A stretch of 64,000 bases of DNA from Flavobacteriales bacterium (GTDB lineage Bacteria; Bacteroidota; Bacteroidia; Palsa-965), in the NCBI GenBank assembly GCA_040377305.1, contig JBEIPA010000016.1, positions 1 to 64,000 of the forward strand, read 5' to 3'. The notes beneath the pieces were generated by a model. That model worked only from the letters and a program-made list of their open reading frames with translations, searched no databases and had not been told where the DNA came from. Shown here one piece after another: positions 21,737 to 32,028 of this stretch. Made by a program: the position numbers and the translations under genes. Position 1 is the stretch's first letter. Each line of letters begins with the position of its first letter.

Positions 21737-22542
21737 TCCGATAATTTATTCCCGCTCCAATGAAGCTGATTAATTTTTTCGTTCATTCCTGTCAGCTTCA
21801 ACAATGTGTTTGCGAATTGTGTGCTGCTTCCACTGGTGTACCAACGAATAGAACCTTCTCCGGTTTCCGGAATTGAATGCTGCACATCCAGAATTCTTCT
21901 CACCTGTTTTGCAATAGCCGGTGCAGGATCAATGATCGTTACACCATCTCCGAGAATAGAACGAATCGCATTCTTCACAAACGGATAATGCGTGCATCCC
22001 AAAACGATGCGATCGATGTTCTGTTCCTTCATCGGTTCCAGCCAGCCGCGCAACATCTTCATCGTGTTTTCGGAATCCAATTCACCTGCTTCTATCTGTT
22101 GTACCAGCCCCGGACAAGGTTGCTGAATGACTTTCACTCCGCTTGCAAATCGTTCGACCACTGATGCGAACAATTCGCCCTGAAAAGTTGCAGTTGTTGC
22201 CATCACTCCTACTACTCCGGTTTGTGTTTGCTCTGCCGCGGGTTTCACAGCGGGCTCCATTCCAATGAAAGTAATGTCCGAATATTCTTCACGCAGTTTT
22301 TTCAACGCCGCGGCGGAAGCCGTATTACAAGCAATCACAATAACGTTGCAGCCTTTCGCCTTCAGAAATTCAACCACACCACGACTGTAAGTCACGATTT
22401 CATCCATCGTTTTCTCTCCGTAAGGAAGATGGAAATTATCGCCTGCGTACATCAAATCAACCGTCGGCAACTCAGCACGGATCGCCGTGAGCACACTCAC
22501 ACCACCAATGCCCGAATCGAAAATGCCCACAGGATATTGCAT
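21733..22542 (-). CDS. murI: Glutamate racemase
   Basis: FDSGIGG, IACNTA, LGCTHY. Confidence 0.95.
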   Translation of the reverse strand: MQYPVGIFDSGIGGVSVLTAIRAELPTVDLMYAGDNFHLPYGEKTMDEIVTYSRGVVEFLKAKGCNVIVIACNTASAAALKKLREEYSDITFIGMEPAVKPAAEQTQTGVVGVMATTATFQGELFASVVERFASGVKVIQQPCPGLVQQIEAGELDSENTMKMLRGWLEPMKEQNIDRIVLGCTHYPFVKNAIRSILGDGVTIIDPAPAIAKQVRRILDVQHSIPETGEGSIRWYTSGSSTQFANTLLKLTGMNEKINQLHWSGNKLSE

Positions 22543-22590
22543 AGCGCAAAGTTAAAGTTTCCCTGTGTACGGTTCACAATACCTGTTGCT

Positions 22591-22659
22591 GATGATAGGA
22601 TGATAGGATGATAGGATGATAGGATGATAGGATGATAGGATGATAGGATGATAGGATGA
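22591..22659. repeat. Octamer tandem repeat (GATGATAG)x8 plus a partial unit
   Basis: Eight perfect units followed by GATGA. Confidence 0.95.
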
Positions 22660-22755
22660 GGTACGTACTTGACAGTAATTCCACACGTATCTAATCATAA
22701 AATAATTAGATTATCACATCATCCATATGCGGTAGGTCGTGGCTAAGAAAAGCAG

Positions 22756-22788
22756 AAAGCCCGATACTCATCGAGCATCGGGCTTTTA
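22756..22788. terminator. Terminator downstream of the skp genes
   Basis: AAAGCCCGAT / ATCGGGCTTT stem. Confidence 0.7.
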
Positions 22789-22810
22789 TATTAAACTGGA
22801 ATTGCCTGGA

Positions 22811-23359
22811 TTACTTTGGCGTTCCTGTTCCTGGTGCTTTTGGCTTCGGAGGAGTGATTTTCAATTCCGCGCAAACTTTCAGGAATACATCATCAGTTGT
22901 GTTCGCATACATTACTTGTCCGCCCTTAGAGCTATCAAGGATATATCCGTAGCCGTTTGCCTTTGCAACTTTAGAAATAGCGGCATCAAGCTGCTTGTAA
23001 AGTGTATCAACGAGCTGCGCCTGGATTACTTGTGCTTCCTGTGCTGCATATTCAACATACGCATCATAGTTGTCTGCAATCTGCTGAAGTTGCGTAGCGC
23101 GAAGCTGTGCAATCAACGGCGTGTCTTTGGTTTTCATGCTATCAATCTCGCGCGCTTTCGCCATGTACTGCAATTGGAGATTCTGTGCTTGCTTTTGCGC
23201 ACCGAGCTGGTAAGCCGTTAACGAATCAACCACTGCCTGGTATGAAGGCCAGATTTTCAGTAGTGAATCCACATCGAGGTGACCGATTTTTTGCGCGTTT
23301 GCAGCCGACGCCGAGAACATGAAAATTGCAATCGCTACTACTTTGATAAACTGTTTCAT
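22811..23359 (-). CDS. OmpH/Skp family periplasmic chaperone
   Basis: QKIGHLD N-terminus, coiled coil, VAKANGYGYILD. Confidence 0.88.
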   Translation of the reverse strand: MKQFIKVVAIAIFMFSASAANAQKIGHLDVDSLLKIWPSYQAVVDSLTAYQLGAQKQAQNLQLQYMAKAREIDSMKTKDTPLIAQLRATQLQQIADNYDAYVEYAAQEAQVIQAQLVDTLYKQLDAAISKVAKANGYGYILDSSKGGQVMYANTTDDVFLKVCAELKITPPKPKAPGTGTPK

Positions 23360-23396
23360 TTGTATTTTTAGTTGAGGTATTTACGTTTCGGGATGA

Positions 23397-23942
23397 TTAT
23401 TTATCGTTGCCGGTCTTTTTCCAACCGAGTATTTCTAATACGTCGTCACTCTTGTCGTACTTCGGGTTTGTGTAAAGCATGGTCATGTCGCTTGCTTTGT
23501 CGAACACAATTCCATAACCGCCATTGGTTGCCATTTGTGTTACTGCAGCGAACACCTGATCCTGGATAGGCTTGATCAATTCCTGACGCTTTTTGAAAAG
23601 CTCACCATCCACACCAAACTTCGACTTCTGGAAATCTTTTGCTTCCTTTTCCTTCTGTACAATTTCAGCTTCACGCTTCTGACGCAATTCTTCCGTCATC
23701 AGGATCTTCTCCTGATTAAAGTTTTTATACATCACGTCAATTTCCGCAAACTTTGCTTCGACTTCTTTCTGCCACTGAATAGAAAGATTATTCAGCTCCA
23801 TTTGCGCAGACTGATAGGCTGGACTCTGCGCTAGTATATAATCAGTATCAACGTAACAGAATTTCTGTGCCGATGCAACTCCGGTTCCAACCAGTAGAAG
23901 TATGAGTATTGCTGCGAGTTTAGTTTTCATGGCCATTGTCAT
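23397..23942 (-). CDS. OmpH/Skp family periplasmic chaperone
   Basis: QKFCYVDTDYIL, FGVDGELFKKRQELIKPIQD. Confidence 0.9.
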   Translation of the reverse strand: MTMAMKTKLAAILILLLVGTGVASAQKFCYVDTDYILAQSPAYQSAQMELNNLSIQWQKEVEAKFAEIDVMYKNFNQEKILMTEELRQKREAEIVQKEKEAKDFQKSKFGVDGELFKKRQELIKPIQDQVFAAVTQMATNGGYGIVFDKASDMTMLYTNPKYDKSDDVLEILGWKKTGNDK

Positions 23943-24006
23943 TTTCTATTCAAAAATCCCGCCATTTGGGGTCATTTGGGCGGCTAAAGTACAAAATATT
24001 AGGTTC

Positions 24007-26631
24007 TTACAATTCTCCGAGATTCATCCCCAAACTGAAGTGAATTTGCGACTTCTGCATGCCCGAAAGTCCTTGTACATCGTCGAAACGATAGCCCCAA
24101 TCGAGACCCAAAAGACCGAACATCGGAAGGAACACCCGTACACCTACACCACCCGAACGATACACGTCGAATGGATTAAACGTTCTGAAAGTTTGCCAGG
24201 TATTACCTGCTTCAACAAACGCCAGACCAAATACTGTTGCGCTTGGATTTAATGAGATCGGATAGCGAAGTTCCCAGGTGTATTTAGCAATAATTGGCGC
24301 TCCAGTTCTTTCCGACAAGGACTGATCATCATACCCACGCAATGCAATGATCTCTCTTCCGTCGAGTGCGAAACCAGTCAGACCTGATCCTCCGAGGTAG
24401 AATCGTTCGAATGGCGCAACACCTACATTCTTGTTGTACATGCCGAGGTAACCGAAACCAACACGTGTACTCAAGACGAGATTCCCAACGAGTCGTGTGT
24501 ACCACGAGCAAGTGAATTTCCACTTGTAGTATTCAACGAACTTATATCGCGTCTGCAAATCAGCAGTTTCGTAGTTGATGTCGTTGAAGAGAGAATACGG
24601 AGGAGTAAATTGTCCGATTGCTTTCATGTCAACACCACTGCGCGGATAAATCTGCTGATCGGTTGAGTTACGGCTAAGTGTGATTCGATAACTCAGGTTG
24701 TTTGCATAACCTTCTGAGAAAGCAAACACCGAGAAGAAGTTGTTCAGCTGATAATACTGGTACGTAACGTCGTGATAGAGGTAGAAGTAATCATCTGGTT
24801 TTTGCAGACGCATACCAAATCCAACGCTCAATCCCCAGATATTTACATCGGCACGGTTCGGGTTATCTCTCTTCAACCCGTTTGACTGAAGTGAATTGTA
24901 AATCGTAACTGAAAGTGAATGTGGCTTCTTACCGCCCAACCAAGGCTCAGTGAACGATGCGTTGAAGGAACGGAAATACAATCCATTTGATTGTGCACGA
25001 ATACTCAGCTTCTGACCATCTCCGGCAGGAAGCGGACGATATTGGCTCAACTTGAAAATGTTTCGCGCCGAGAAGTTGTTGAATGAAAGACCGAGTGTTC
25101 CAACGAGACGGTTTCCACCCCAACCGCCAGACAATTCAACCTGATCAGAAGGACGTTCTACAACTACGTACTCGATGTCAACTGTTCCGGTGTAAGGATC
25201 AGGAACTGGTTTCACTTCGATTTTTTCAGGATCGAAATAACCAAGTGATGCAAGCTGACGCTGAGAACGGATTACATCTGAACGACGGAATAATTGACCT
25301 GGACGTGTACGAATCTCACGCATGATTACATTGTCGTTGGTCTTCGTATTTCCGGTTACAGTTACGCGACGAATCATTGCCTGACGACCTTCGTAAACCC
25401 GCATTTCAATATCAATTGAATCGCCTTCCACCGCTGTCTCAACCGGATTGATCTGGAAGAAGAGGTAACCATCATCCATGTAAAGCGAGCTTACATCATT
25501 TCCGTTCGGACTCATGTACAATCGCGATTCAAGATCGCCTTGATTGTATACATCGCCTTTCACAATGCCCAACGTGTTGTTCAGTTTCTCAGAGCTGTAC
25601 TTCGTATTTCCAACCCATGTGATGTTGCGGTAGACATATTTGTTGCCTTCTTCAATGCGCATGTCAATCTCCACGCGATCGTTGCCCACCTTACGTACGG
25701 TATCCTGAACAATACGTGCATCGCGGTAACCTTTCTCGCGGTACATCTGCAACACGGCCTCTTTATCCTTCTCGTAGTTTTCCGGAATGTACTTCGCCGA
25801 CTTGAAGAACGAGTAGAAACGTTTACGTTTCGTGTCTTTCATCTTACGACGGATTTTTCCATCGGAGAATGCTTTGTGTTTGTAAGGTTTGGTCGTCATC
25901 ACGTCGTTGCCGGTGATGTTGATCTCCTGAATCTTTACTTTCTTGCCTTTGAAAACATCTACGTAGAGAATCACGAAACTTCTCCCCATTGCAGATCCTG
26001 AATCGCGATACTCTGCACGTACAGTAGTTGAGCAATTCAAATAGCCGTCTGCACGGAAATGTTCGTTTACGGTTTCGATGATGTGACGTTCGCGATAGTC
26101 AGTGAACATCTGTAATTTCAATGGAAGTTTTTCTTCTAGATCTTCCACTTCACTTTTCTTCATGCGCTTACCAACATCTCTGTATTTGATGTCGATGATT
26201 GCAGGCTTCTCAACCACGATCAGATCCAGCCAGATATATTCTCCTTCAATCTTATTGATACTGAGCGTAACGTCTTCGAATAAACCTTCGCGCCAAAGAT
26301 TGTCCAAGGCGTCAGATGTTTTTTCTCCCGGCACCATGATCTTGTCGCCAATCGGCAAACCTGAAATCAGAACAGCGATGTCGGGATTCACGGCAACACA
26401 ACCAATCACGTTTACTTTCACGAGTGTGTATTCACCAGAGGCGAAATAATCTACCGTGTCTGGATTTCCACTCATCATACTCACCACGGGCGATGCATCC
26501 TCAGGTGGCGTTGGAATAGGAAGTGCGTTACTATCAGCTGGTGCCGTTGGAGCATCAGTCCCTAACCCACCCTGTGCGAAAACGAAGTTCGCGGTGAATG
26601 CAAGGACCAATAGCAAGAAAAACTTTTTCAT
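24007..26631 (-). CDS. bamA: Outer membrane protein assembly factor BamA
   Basis: POTRA repeats, ERFYLGG...LRGY motif, position between uppS and skp. Confidence 0.93.
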   Translation of the reverse strand: MKKFFLLLVLAFTANFVFAQGGLGTDAPTAPADSNALPIPTPPEDASPVVSMMSGNPDTVDYFASGEYTLVKVNVIGCVAVNPDIAVLISGLPIGDKIMVPGEKTSDALDNLWREGLFEDVTLSINKIEGEYIWLDLIVVEKPAIIDIKYRDVGKRMKKSEVEDLEEKLPLKLQMFTDYRERHIIETVNEHFRADGYLNCSTTVRAEYRDSGSAMGRSFVILYVDVFKGKKVKIQEINITGNDVMTTKPYKHKAFSDGKIRRKMKDTKRKRFYSFFKSAKYIPENYEKDKEAVLQMYREKGYRDARIVQDTVRKVGNDRVEIDMRIEEGNKYVYRNITWVGNTKYSSEKLNNTLGIVKGDVYNQGDLESRLYMSPNGNDVSSLYMDDGYLFFQINPVETAVEGDSIDIEMRVYEGRQAMIRRVTVTGNTKTNDNVIMREIRTRPGQLFRRSDVIRSQRQLASLGYFDPEKIEVKPVPDPYTGTVDIEYVVVERPSDQVELSGGWGGNRLVGTLGLSFNNFSARNIFKLSQYRPLPAGDGQKLSIRAQSNGLYFRSFNASFTEPWLGGKKPHSLSVTIYNSLQSNGLKRDNPNRADVNIWGLSVGFGMRLQKPDDYFYLYHDVTYQYYQLNNFFSVFAFSEGYANNLSYRITLSRNSTDQQIYPRSGVDMKAIGQFTPPYSLFNDINYETADLQTRYKFVEYYKWKFTCSWYTRLVGNLVLSTRVGFGYLGMYNKNVGVAPFERFYLGGSGLTGFALDGREIIALRGYDDQSLSERTGAPIIAKYTWELRYPISLNPSATVFGLAFVEAGNTWQTFRTFNPFDVYRSGGVGVRVFLPMFGLLGLDWGYRFDDVQGLSGMQKSQIHFSLGMNLGEL

Positions 26632-26644
26632 ATAGGGCAGAGAA

Positions 26645-27439
26645 CTATTTGTTGTCCTCAGTTGTATTTACGGGTGATACAAGTGCATTCAATGTTTCGC
26701 TCATGATCTGTGCGCTCGTTTTTCCGAAACGACGTTCGCGCGACTGGTAATCGGCGAGTGCTTCGTAAAACTGTTCCTTTCCGAAGTCGGGCCACAGCGT
26801 TTGAGTGAAGTAAAATTCTGCATACGCCAATTGCCACAGCAGGAAATTACTGATACGCTGCTCACCGCTTGTACGAATGAGCAATTCCGGATCTGGGTAC
26901 TTCTGTGTTGTGAGGTATGAAGAGAATAAGGTTCCATCGATATCTTCCGGCTTAATGACGCCGTTTTTCGCATCGGTTGCCAGTCGGCGGGAAGCTTCTG
27001 TAATTTCCCAGCGAGCACTGTAGCTTAAAGCCAAAATCAGTGTCATTCGCTCGTTTTTCGAAGTGGCCTCTATTGCCTCCGTCAATTCAGCGCGGCAGCG
27101 TTCAGGTAAACTTTCCCAGTCGCCGATTGTTTCGAGACGGATATTGTTTTCGTTGAGCGTCTTTCGTTCAGCGCTGATGGTATGCACAAGCAGTTCCATC
27201 AAGGCATTGACTTCTTCCTTCGGACGATTCCAGTTTTCAGTAGAGAACGCGTAGAGTGTCAGAAACTTTACACCAATTGCTGCTGCGGCTTCTGCGGTTT
27301 CACGAACGGCAATTACACCGCTTCTGTGTCCGTCAACACGCATCTTTCCCTGCTGTTGCGCCCAACGCCCATTACCATCCATTATCACAGCGACATGTCC
27401 AGGAATTCTGGAAGTGTCTAATTTATCTTTCCAACTCAT
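26645..27439 (-). CDS. uppS: Undecaprenyl diphosphate synthase
   Basis: IMDGNGRWA, FSTENWNRP, IRTSGEQRISNFLLWQ. Confidence 0.95.
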   Translation of the reverse strand: MSWKDKLDTSRIPGHVAVIMDGNGRWAQQQGKMRVDGHRSGVIAVRETAEAAAAIGVKFLTLYAFSTENWNRPKEEVNALMELLVHTISAERKTLNENNIRLETIGDWESLPERCRAELTEAIEATSKNERMTLILALSYSARWEITEASRRLATDAKNGVIKPEDIDGTLFSSYLTTQKYPDPELLIRTSGEQRISNFLLWQLAYAEFYFTQTLWPDFGKEQFYEALADYQSRERRFGKTSAQIMSETLNALVSPVNTTEDNK

Positions 27440-27454
27440 TCTATACTCAATAAA

Positions 27455-28261
27455 TTATCTGTGCTGACCGTAAGCAGAACAGGTTTTAGGTCTGTCTGAC
27501 AATTGGAAAGAGAGTGTAAGACCAGTAAAGCAAAACCAGTCTTTGTTGCGGGGATTTCCTCTTTGGCGACCAGTGTTGTCCTGAGCCACCAGACTTCTAT
27601 CACCAAGAGCAATAGCAGCCGGTCCGCTTCCTGCAAGATCCGCAGGGTTAGCGTATGTGGTACTTACATCGTCAATGTAGTCCGTAAATGTTTTGCGCAT
27701 GCCCCACTCGATTACGAGACCGATGCGACGGGCAAGATTCATTTTCAAACCAGCACCAAATTGAATTGCAATCTGAGTACGCAGATATCCTTTCGACTGT
27801 CCTTCTGTTTTCAAAGGCTGCAATGCAACCCACTGGTTTCCGTAAGACGCTTTCGGATTGAAATTGAAAACGGAAAGTCCAACAAACATGAACGGTGTAA
27901 ACTGGTGACGATCGTCGCCAATTTTATATTCGATGAAATTGAATTCGCAGCGTGCAGCCAGTTCGTAAATGCGTGAACGGAAACTAAGGTTACGCTGCTG
28001 TTGTTCGTATGAGCTTGTGCGCGCATCGATTCCCTGAACGCTTCCGAACAAAGCACTTCCCGCAAATGAAACACGGTAGCCGATGTTGTGACGGTACACC
28101 AATCCTGCTGCAGGACGTGTGAGACTGTTCAGATGTCCTGTCGGGTTCAGTTCTCCAATGTAGTACGAACCTCCAAGGAAGATTCCTATCTCATTAGTTT
28201 TCTGAGCAGACATGGAAAGACTGCCTCCAATTGCAAGAAGAAAACAGAGTAATTTTTTCAT
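27455..28261 (-). CDS. PorG/DUF6089-like outer-membrane beta-barrel
   Basis: GGSYYIGEL, RNLSFRS, RKTFTDYIDDVS; conserved position upstream of uppS-bamA. Confidence 0.75.
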   Translation of the reverse strand: MKKLLCFLLAIGGSLSMSAQKTNEIGIFLGGSYYIGELNPTGHLNSLTRPAAGLVYRHNIGYRVSFAGSALFGSVQGIDARTSSYEQQQRNLSFRSRIYELAARCEFNFIEYKIGDDRHQFTPFMFVGLSVFNFNPKASYGNQWVALQPLKTEGQSKGYLRTQIAIQFGAGLKMNLARRIGLVIEWGMRKTFTDYIDDVSTTYANPADLAGSGPAAIALGDRSLVAQDNTGRQRGNPRNKDWFCFTGLTLSFQLSDRPKTCSAYGQHR

Positions 28262-28506
28262 TTGGTTCAGCTAGGCTTTAATGGCAAAACGCGCGCCGAA
28301 GCACACTATTTTGAGGGTATTAAATAATATCCGCGAAGATAGCCCAAAAAATGGGTCATTTTCATGGGTTGTTGAATAGTAATCACAATGATTAACAAGT
28401 AGATACAGCGTCTGAAATGCCTTCCCGTATTTTCTATCGTCTTTCCCGATTTTGCTGTGTTCTATGGCATAGCCAAATCAGTCAAAAACTGGTCAAAGCC
28501 TGGAAA

Positions 28507-29403
28507 CTAGTCCAGACGTTGTTTCTCACGGGCATCATGACCCCATCCTAATTTTTCACGTATTACGTCAAAAAAATGCTGGTCGTTAAAACGGACGAGA
28601 GCGACTTTGAAATCGTTCTTGCGGATCTTGAGCTCTTCACCTTCTCCGAAAGGCTGCATACGCGAATCCAGTGAAGCCATATATTGTTGGCTGCGGCCCT
28701 CCACTTTGAGGGTAATTTCAGAATCCTCCGGTACAATCAGCGGACGTACGTTCAAGTTATGCGGCGAAAGGGGTGTGATCACAAAACTCCTAGCATCCGG
28801 AATCATCAATGGTCCGCCACAACTGAGTGAATATGCTGTGGATCCGGTTGGTGTTGCAATGATTAATCCATCTGCCCAATAGGAGTTCAGGAATTCTCCG
28901 TTTACCCAACAGTGAATTGACATCATGGCCGAAGAATCTTTCCGTTGAACCGTTAATTCGTTCATCGCAAAATTCGCATCGCCGAATAAATTTCGGTCTG
29001 TATCGAGACGCAAAAGCGAACGTTTGTCGAGTGCAAATTTCTTCGCGAAAAGATTTTCGACAACGTGTTCAGCTGCTTGCTGCACAGTAACGCCCGCAAG
29101 AAATCCGAGTCGTCCTGTGTTGATTCCTACAATGGGAATTCCGGAATTGCGCACAAATGCAATTGCTTCGAGAATGGTTCCATCGCCGCCGATGCTCAGT
29201 AAAAAATCTGCTTTACCACGAATGTCGTTGTAGTCGTCGATCTGTTTTACTTTGGCATTAACCTGAAATTGTTTGGTGAGGTATTCCAAATATTTTTTCC
29301 CCACGATCAGATCTGCTCCGTGTTTTTCCAGCTTGTCAAAGAGCCCCTGTAATTCGGGAGGAAGGGTCTTGCCAGTGATACGTCCGTAAACGGCTATTTT
29401 CAT
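28507..29403 (-). CDS. nadK: NAD kinase
   Basis: GGDGT, GINTGRLGFL, DGLIIATPTGSTAYSLS. Confidence 0.95.
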   Translation of the reverse strand: MKIAVYGRITGKTLPPELQGLFDKLEKHGADLIVGKKYLEYLTKQFQVNAKVKQIDDYNDIRGKADFLLSIGGDGTILEAIAFVRNSGIPIVGINTGRLGFLAGVTVQQAAEHVVENLFAKKFALDKRSLLRLDTDRNLFGDANFAMNELTVQRKDSSAMMSIHCWVNGEFLNSYWADGLIIATPTGSTAYSLSCGGPLMIPDARSFVITPLSPHNLNVRPLIVPEDSEITLKVEGRSQQYMASLDSRMQPFGEGEELKIRKNDFKVALVRFNDQHFFDVIREKLGWGHDAREKQRLD

Positions 29404-29428
29404 TTTGGATTCGAGCCTTCCTGAGCAA

Positions 29429-29455
29429 AAGACGCAGGTTCGGCTGATTGGTTGC
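29429..29455 (-). promoter_or_regulatory. Putative ECF sigma promoter
   Basis: GCAACC-N15-CGTCTT upstream of nadK. Confidence 0.45.
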
Positions 29456-29500
29456 TACTAAGTTAGGTAATAGTTTGTAGACGATAGGCGGTAGGAAAAG

Positions 29501-29707
29501 GGAACGCGGATTCTGATGTGCGAGGCGTGTTAGGTTTTCGCCCGGATGATCCTTGTGTATACTTCGATTGGATTTTGGATTTTATGAGATAGGTTTAAGT
29601 TTATCTCATAAAATCGATTGACCTAAAGTTGATGTCAACCGCAGTGATCCGAGTGCAGCACTAACACCAAACGGGCATAAAAATCCGCGTTCCAAATCCG
29701 CGTTCCA
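29501..29707. repeat. Nested inverted-repeat element, family A, copy 2, with a duplicated right end
   Basis: Same terminal and central IRs as the 21073 copy; extra AAATCCGCGTTCCA at 29694-29707. Confidence 0.85.
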
Positions 29708-29712
29708 TTTAC

Positions 29713-31149
29713 CTAAAACGGAGCTCCAATATGAACATAAAATCCACCTTCGCCGAGATTGTTAATTGCGTACTCGAAGCGACACGTCATATCGTAGTAA
29801 GTCACAATATCCAGACCTGCACCGTAACCCGACAGCCAGGAATTTCCAAGGTTGTTATTGTCTATAACGGTCGATGCTTTGTCCTGAACATAACCTGCAT
29901 CTACAAACAACCCGGTGTACAATGCGAGGTGAAGTGTATTGAACTTCTCCAGCGGAAACCACTTGAACTTAAAGACCCGGGGCTTCAGCAACTGGTAACG
30001 AAAAGCCGATTTTGCAACGACGTAATTCTGTCCGTCAATCACGTAATATTCGAATCCGCGAACATACGTCCCGAATCCCAAAGCACGTTGATGGTAAAAG
30101 GGAGGAGTTGGTCCGGGCAATAATCTTCCCCTTACCATTGCTCCACAGAAAATTCTATTCCCAACCTGAAACCATTTGCGCACACTTGCCGCGAAGAAGG
30201 TGACGTTGATGTCTTCTCCCGGAAGAATGGCCAAACCGTGACGTGTAATTTCGAAATCGCACAAGTAGCCATGCAAGGGATAGGCTCTGGCATCGCGGTA
30301 GTCGCGCACAAATTGGTACGACAAGGTGAAGTAACGCATGCGATCTGAGCCGGCTGCGAAATAATCGGGAGCGAGACCTACAACTGTATCAAACACACTG
30401 AGATCGGTGAACTTAACCTCGAGTGTATTTCGCTGGTAAATTCCGCGACGGTAACTCAACTTAGCACTGGCGCTCACCTCTTTTCGTATATGATGATCTT
30501 CATCTTTGTAGTAAACCAATAAATGATCTTGCGTTGCATAAAACACTTCATGATTTTGTGTGTACAGTCCGGTGACGGTGATACCCAACGTTCTTTTCTT
30601 ATTGAGAAACGGGATGGAATATTGTCCGCCGAATTGCTGTGAATATCCGAACCGTGCAATTGCAGAAATAGTTTCTCTTCGTCCTCTGAAGTTGTATCGT
30701 GTAATGCTTCCGCCATAAGAAGCACGATCCAGATTGTGACCGTTTCTCCACCACGTATTCAAATTGGGTTCCATCACATCAAAAATGGGTGCTGGCCAGG
30801 TATACCAGCGTTCTTTCACGTTGATGTTCATCACCATTTTAGCTTCATACAAATCAGGTGCGTATGTAATGGTCACGAAATTGAAGAGCGAAGTATTCAG
30901 CAGGTTCTTACACGATTGAGCGATTGCTTCTTGTACATTTCCAGTGATCGACAATGTATCTCCTTCTGTGAACGTTAATTCCCTGAGGATGATAAAAGGC
31001 TTCGTTGTTTTATTGCCGGTGATGATTATCGTATCAACCGCATAATTGGTGATGAGGAGTTTTTCATAAGCGGTTGTATCCTGAGCGAATGCACGTATGC
31101 ACATTACAGTCAGCAAACAAGCCACTAAAAGGTTTCGGAAAAACATCAC
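29713..31149 (-). CDS. Omp85-family protein with a single POTRA domain
   Basis: ITGNKTTKPFIILREL...LFNFV...VKERW POTRA; VRGFEYY; C-terminal F. Confidence 0.8.
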   Translation of the reverse strand: MMFFRNLLVACLLTVMCIRAFAQDTTAYEKLLITNYAVDTIIITGNKTTKPFIILRELTFTEGDTLSITGNVQEAIAQSCKNLLNTSLFNFVTITYAPDLYEAKMVMNINVKERWYTWPAPIFDVMEPNLNTWWRNGHNLDRASYGGSITRYNFRGRRETISAIARFGYSQQFGGQYSIPFLNKKRTLGITVTGLYTQNHEVFYATQDHLLVYYKDEDHHIRKEVSASAKLSYRRGIYQRNTLEVKFTDLSVFDTVVGLAPDYFAAGSDRMRYFTLSYQFVRDYRDARAYPLHGYLCDFEITRHGLAILPGEDINVTFFAASVRKWFQVGNRIFCGAMVRGRLLPGPTPPFYHQRALGFGTYVRGFEYYVIDGQNYVVAKSAFRYQLLKPRVFKFKWFPLEKFNTLHLALYTGLFVDAGYVQDKASTVIDNNNLGNSWLSGYGAGLDIVTYYDMTCRFEYAINNLGEGGFYVHIGAPF

Positions 31150-31174
31150 CTGCCGAACTCCGATGGGACGAAGA

Positions 31175-31837
31175 TCAGAGACGAATATAGTTCATGAACT
31201 CGTCGTAACGTTCTTTGAGATCTTCCTCGTAAACGCTTTGGTGGAACGTTCCTTTGATTTCGTAATTGTAACGTTCAAAAGTTTGGATGATGCGCGACAA
31301 ATCTTCGCGATTAATTTTCAACGTTACTTCTACACGAGGCGTTCCGGGAATTCCCGCAACATACGTACTCAGAATTTTTGCGTCGTTACCTTCCACGATC
31401 TGAGCAATCTGCGCAAGTGAATAATCGACATTGTTTACTTCGAGAACAAGGATTCCCCCGGGTTCACGCATCGCTGCCATCTTCACCAGTTGCTCAGCAA
31501 TTTTCCGGATCGTAACAGCACCGCGGTATTTTCCGGCTTCGTCAAGAATTCCGATTACGTCAACGTTCATCTGCGCCATGAGTTTCAACGCATCGTACGC
31601 ATGCTGAGTTTCCGTTAACACTGGTCGGATGAGGCTCAACTGTGTGTCTTTGATCGAGGAATCCGATTCATCGAGTTCAAAAAGTTCACTTTCAGAGATC
31701 ATTCCCACAAATTCGGTTCCGTCTACAACGGGTAACCAGCTCACTTTGAACTCGTCCATCCAGCGCAAAGCTTTCTCTGCTGAATCATCGCTCTTCAGTG
31801 GGGGAATATCGTCGGATATGAGTTGACCTATTATCAT
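31175..31837 (-). CDS. CBS domain protein with an ACT-like C-terminus
   Basis: Two CBS repeats and YSLAQIAQIVEGNDAKI; start set at MIIGQL. Confidence 0.85.
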   Translation of the reverse strand: MIIGQLISDDIPPLKSDDSAEKALRWMDEFKVSWLPVVDGTEFVGMISESELFELDESDSSIKDTQLSLIRPVLTETQHAYDALKLMAQMNVDVIGILDEAGKYRGAVTIRKIAEQLVKMAAMREPGGILVLEVNNVDYSLAQIAQIVEGNDAKILSTYVAGIPGTPRVEVTLKINREDLSRIIQTFERYNYEIKGTFHQSVYEEDLKERYDEFMNYIRL

Positions 31838-32028
31838 TTCAATTTCGGGGTCAAAATTAGTATTTATTCTCAGCCAGCCTCGTCTCAATTATTAAGCGGC
31901 TAGTTTGTCTAACGCCCTAACCTACGAAAGGTTTAATGCGTTTAACAGATGGTACCAATCAGGGTTCAAATAACATGCCTGAGTTTGTATGTGAGTGCCT
32001 ACTTTTGATCACCAAATTGTGGTAGCGT

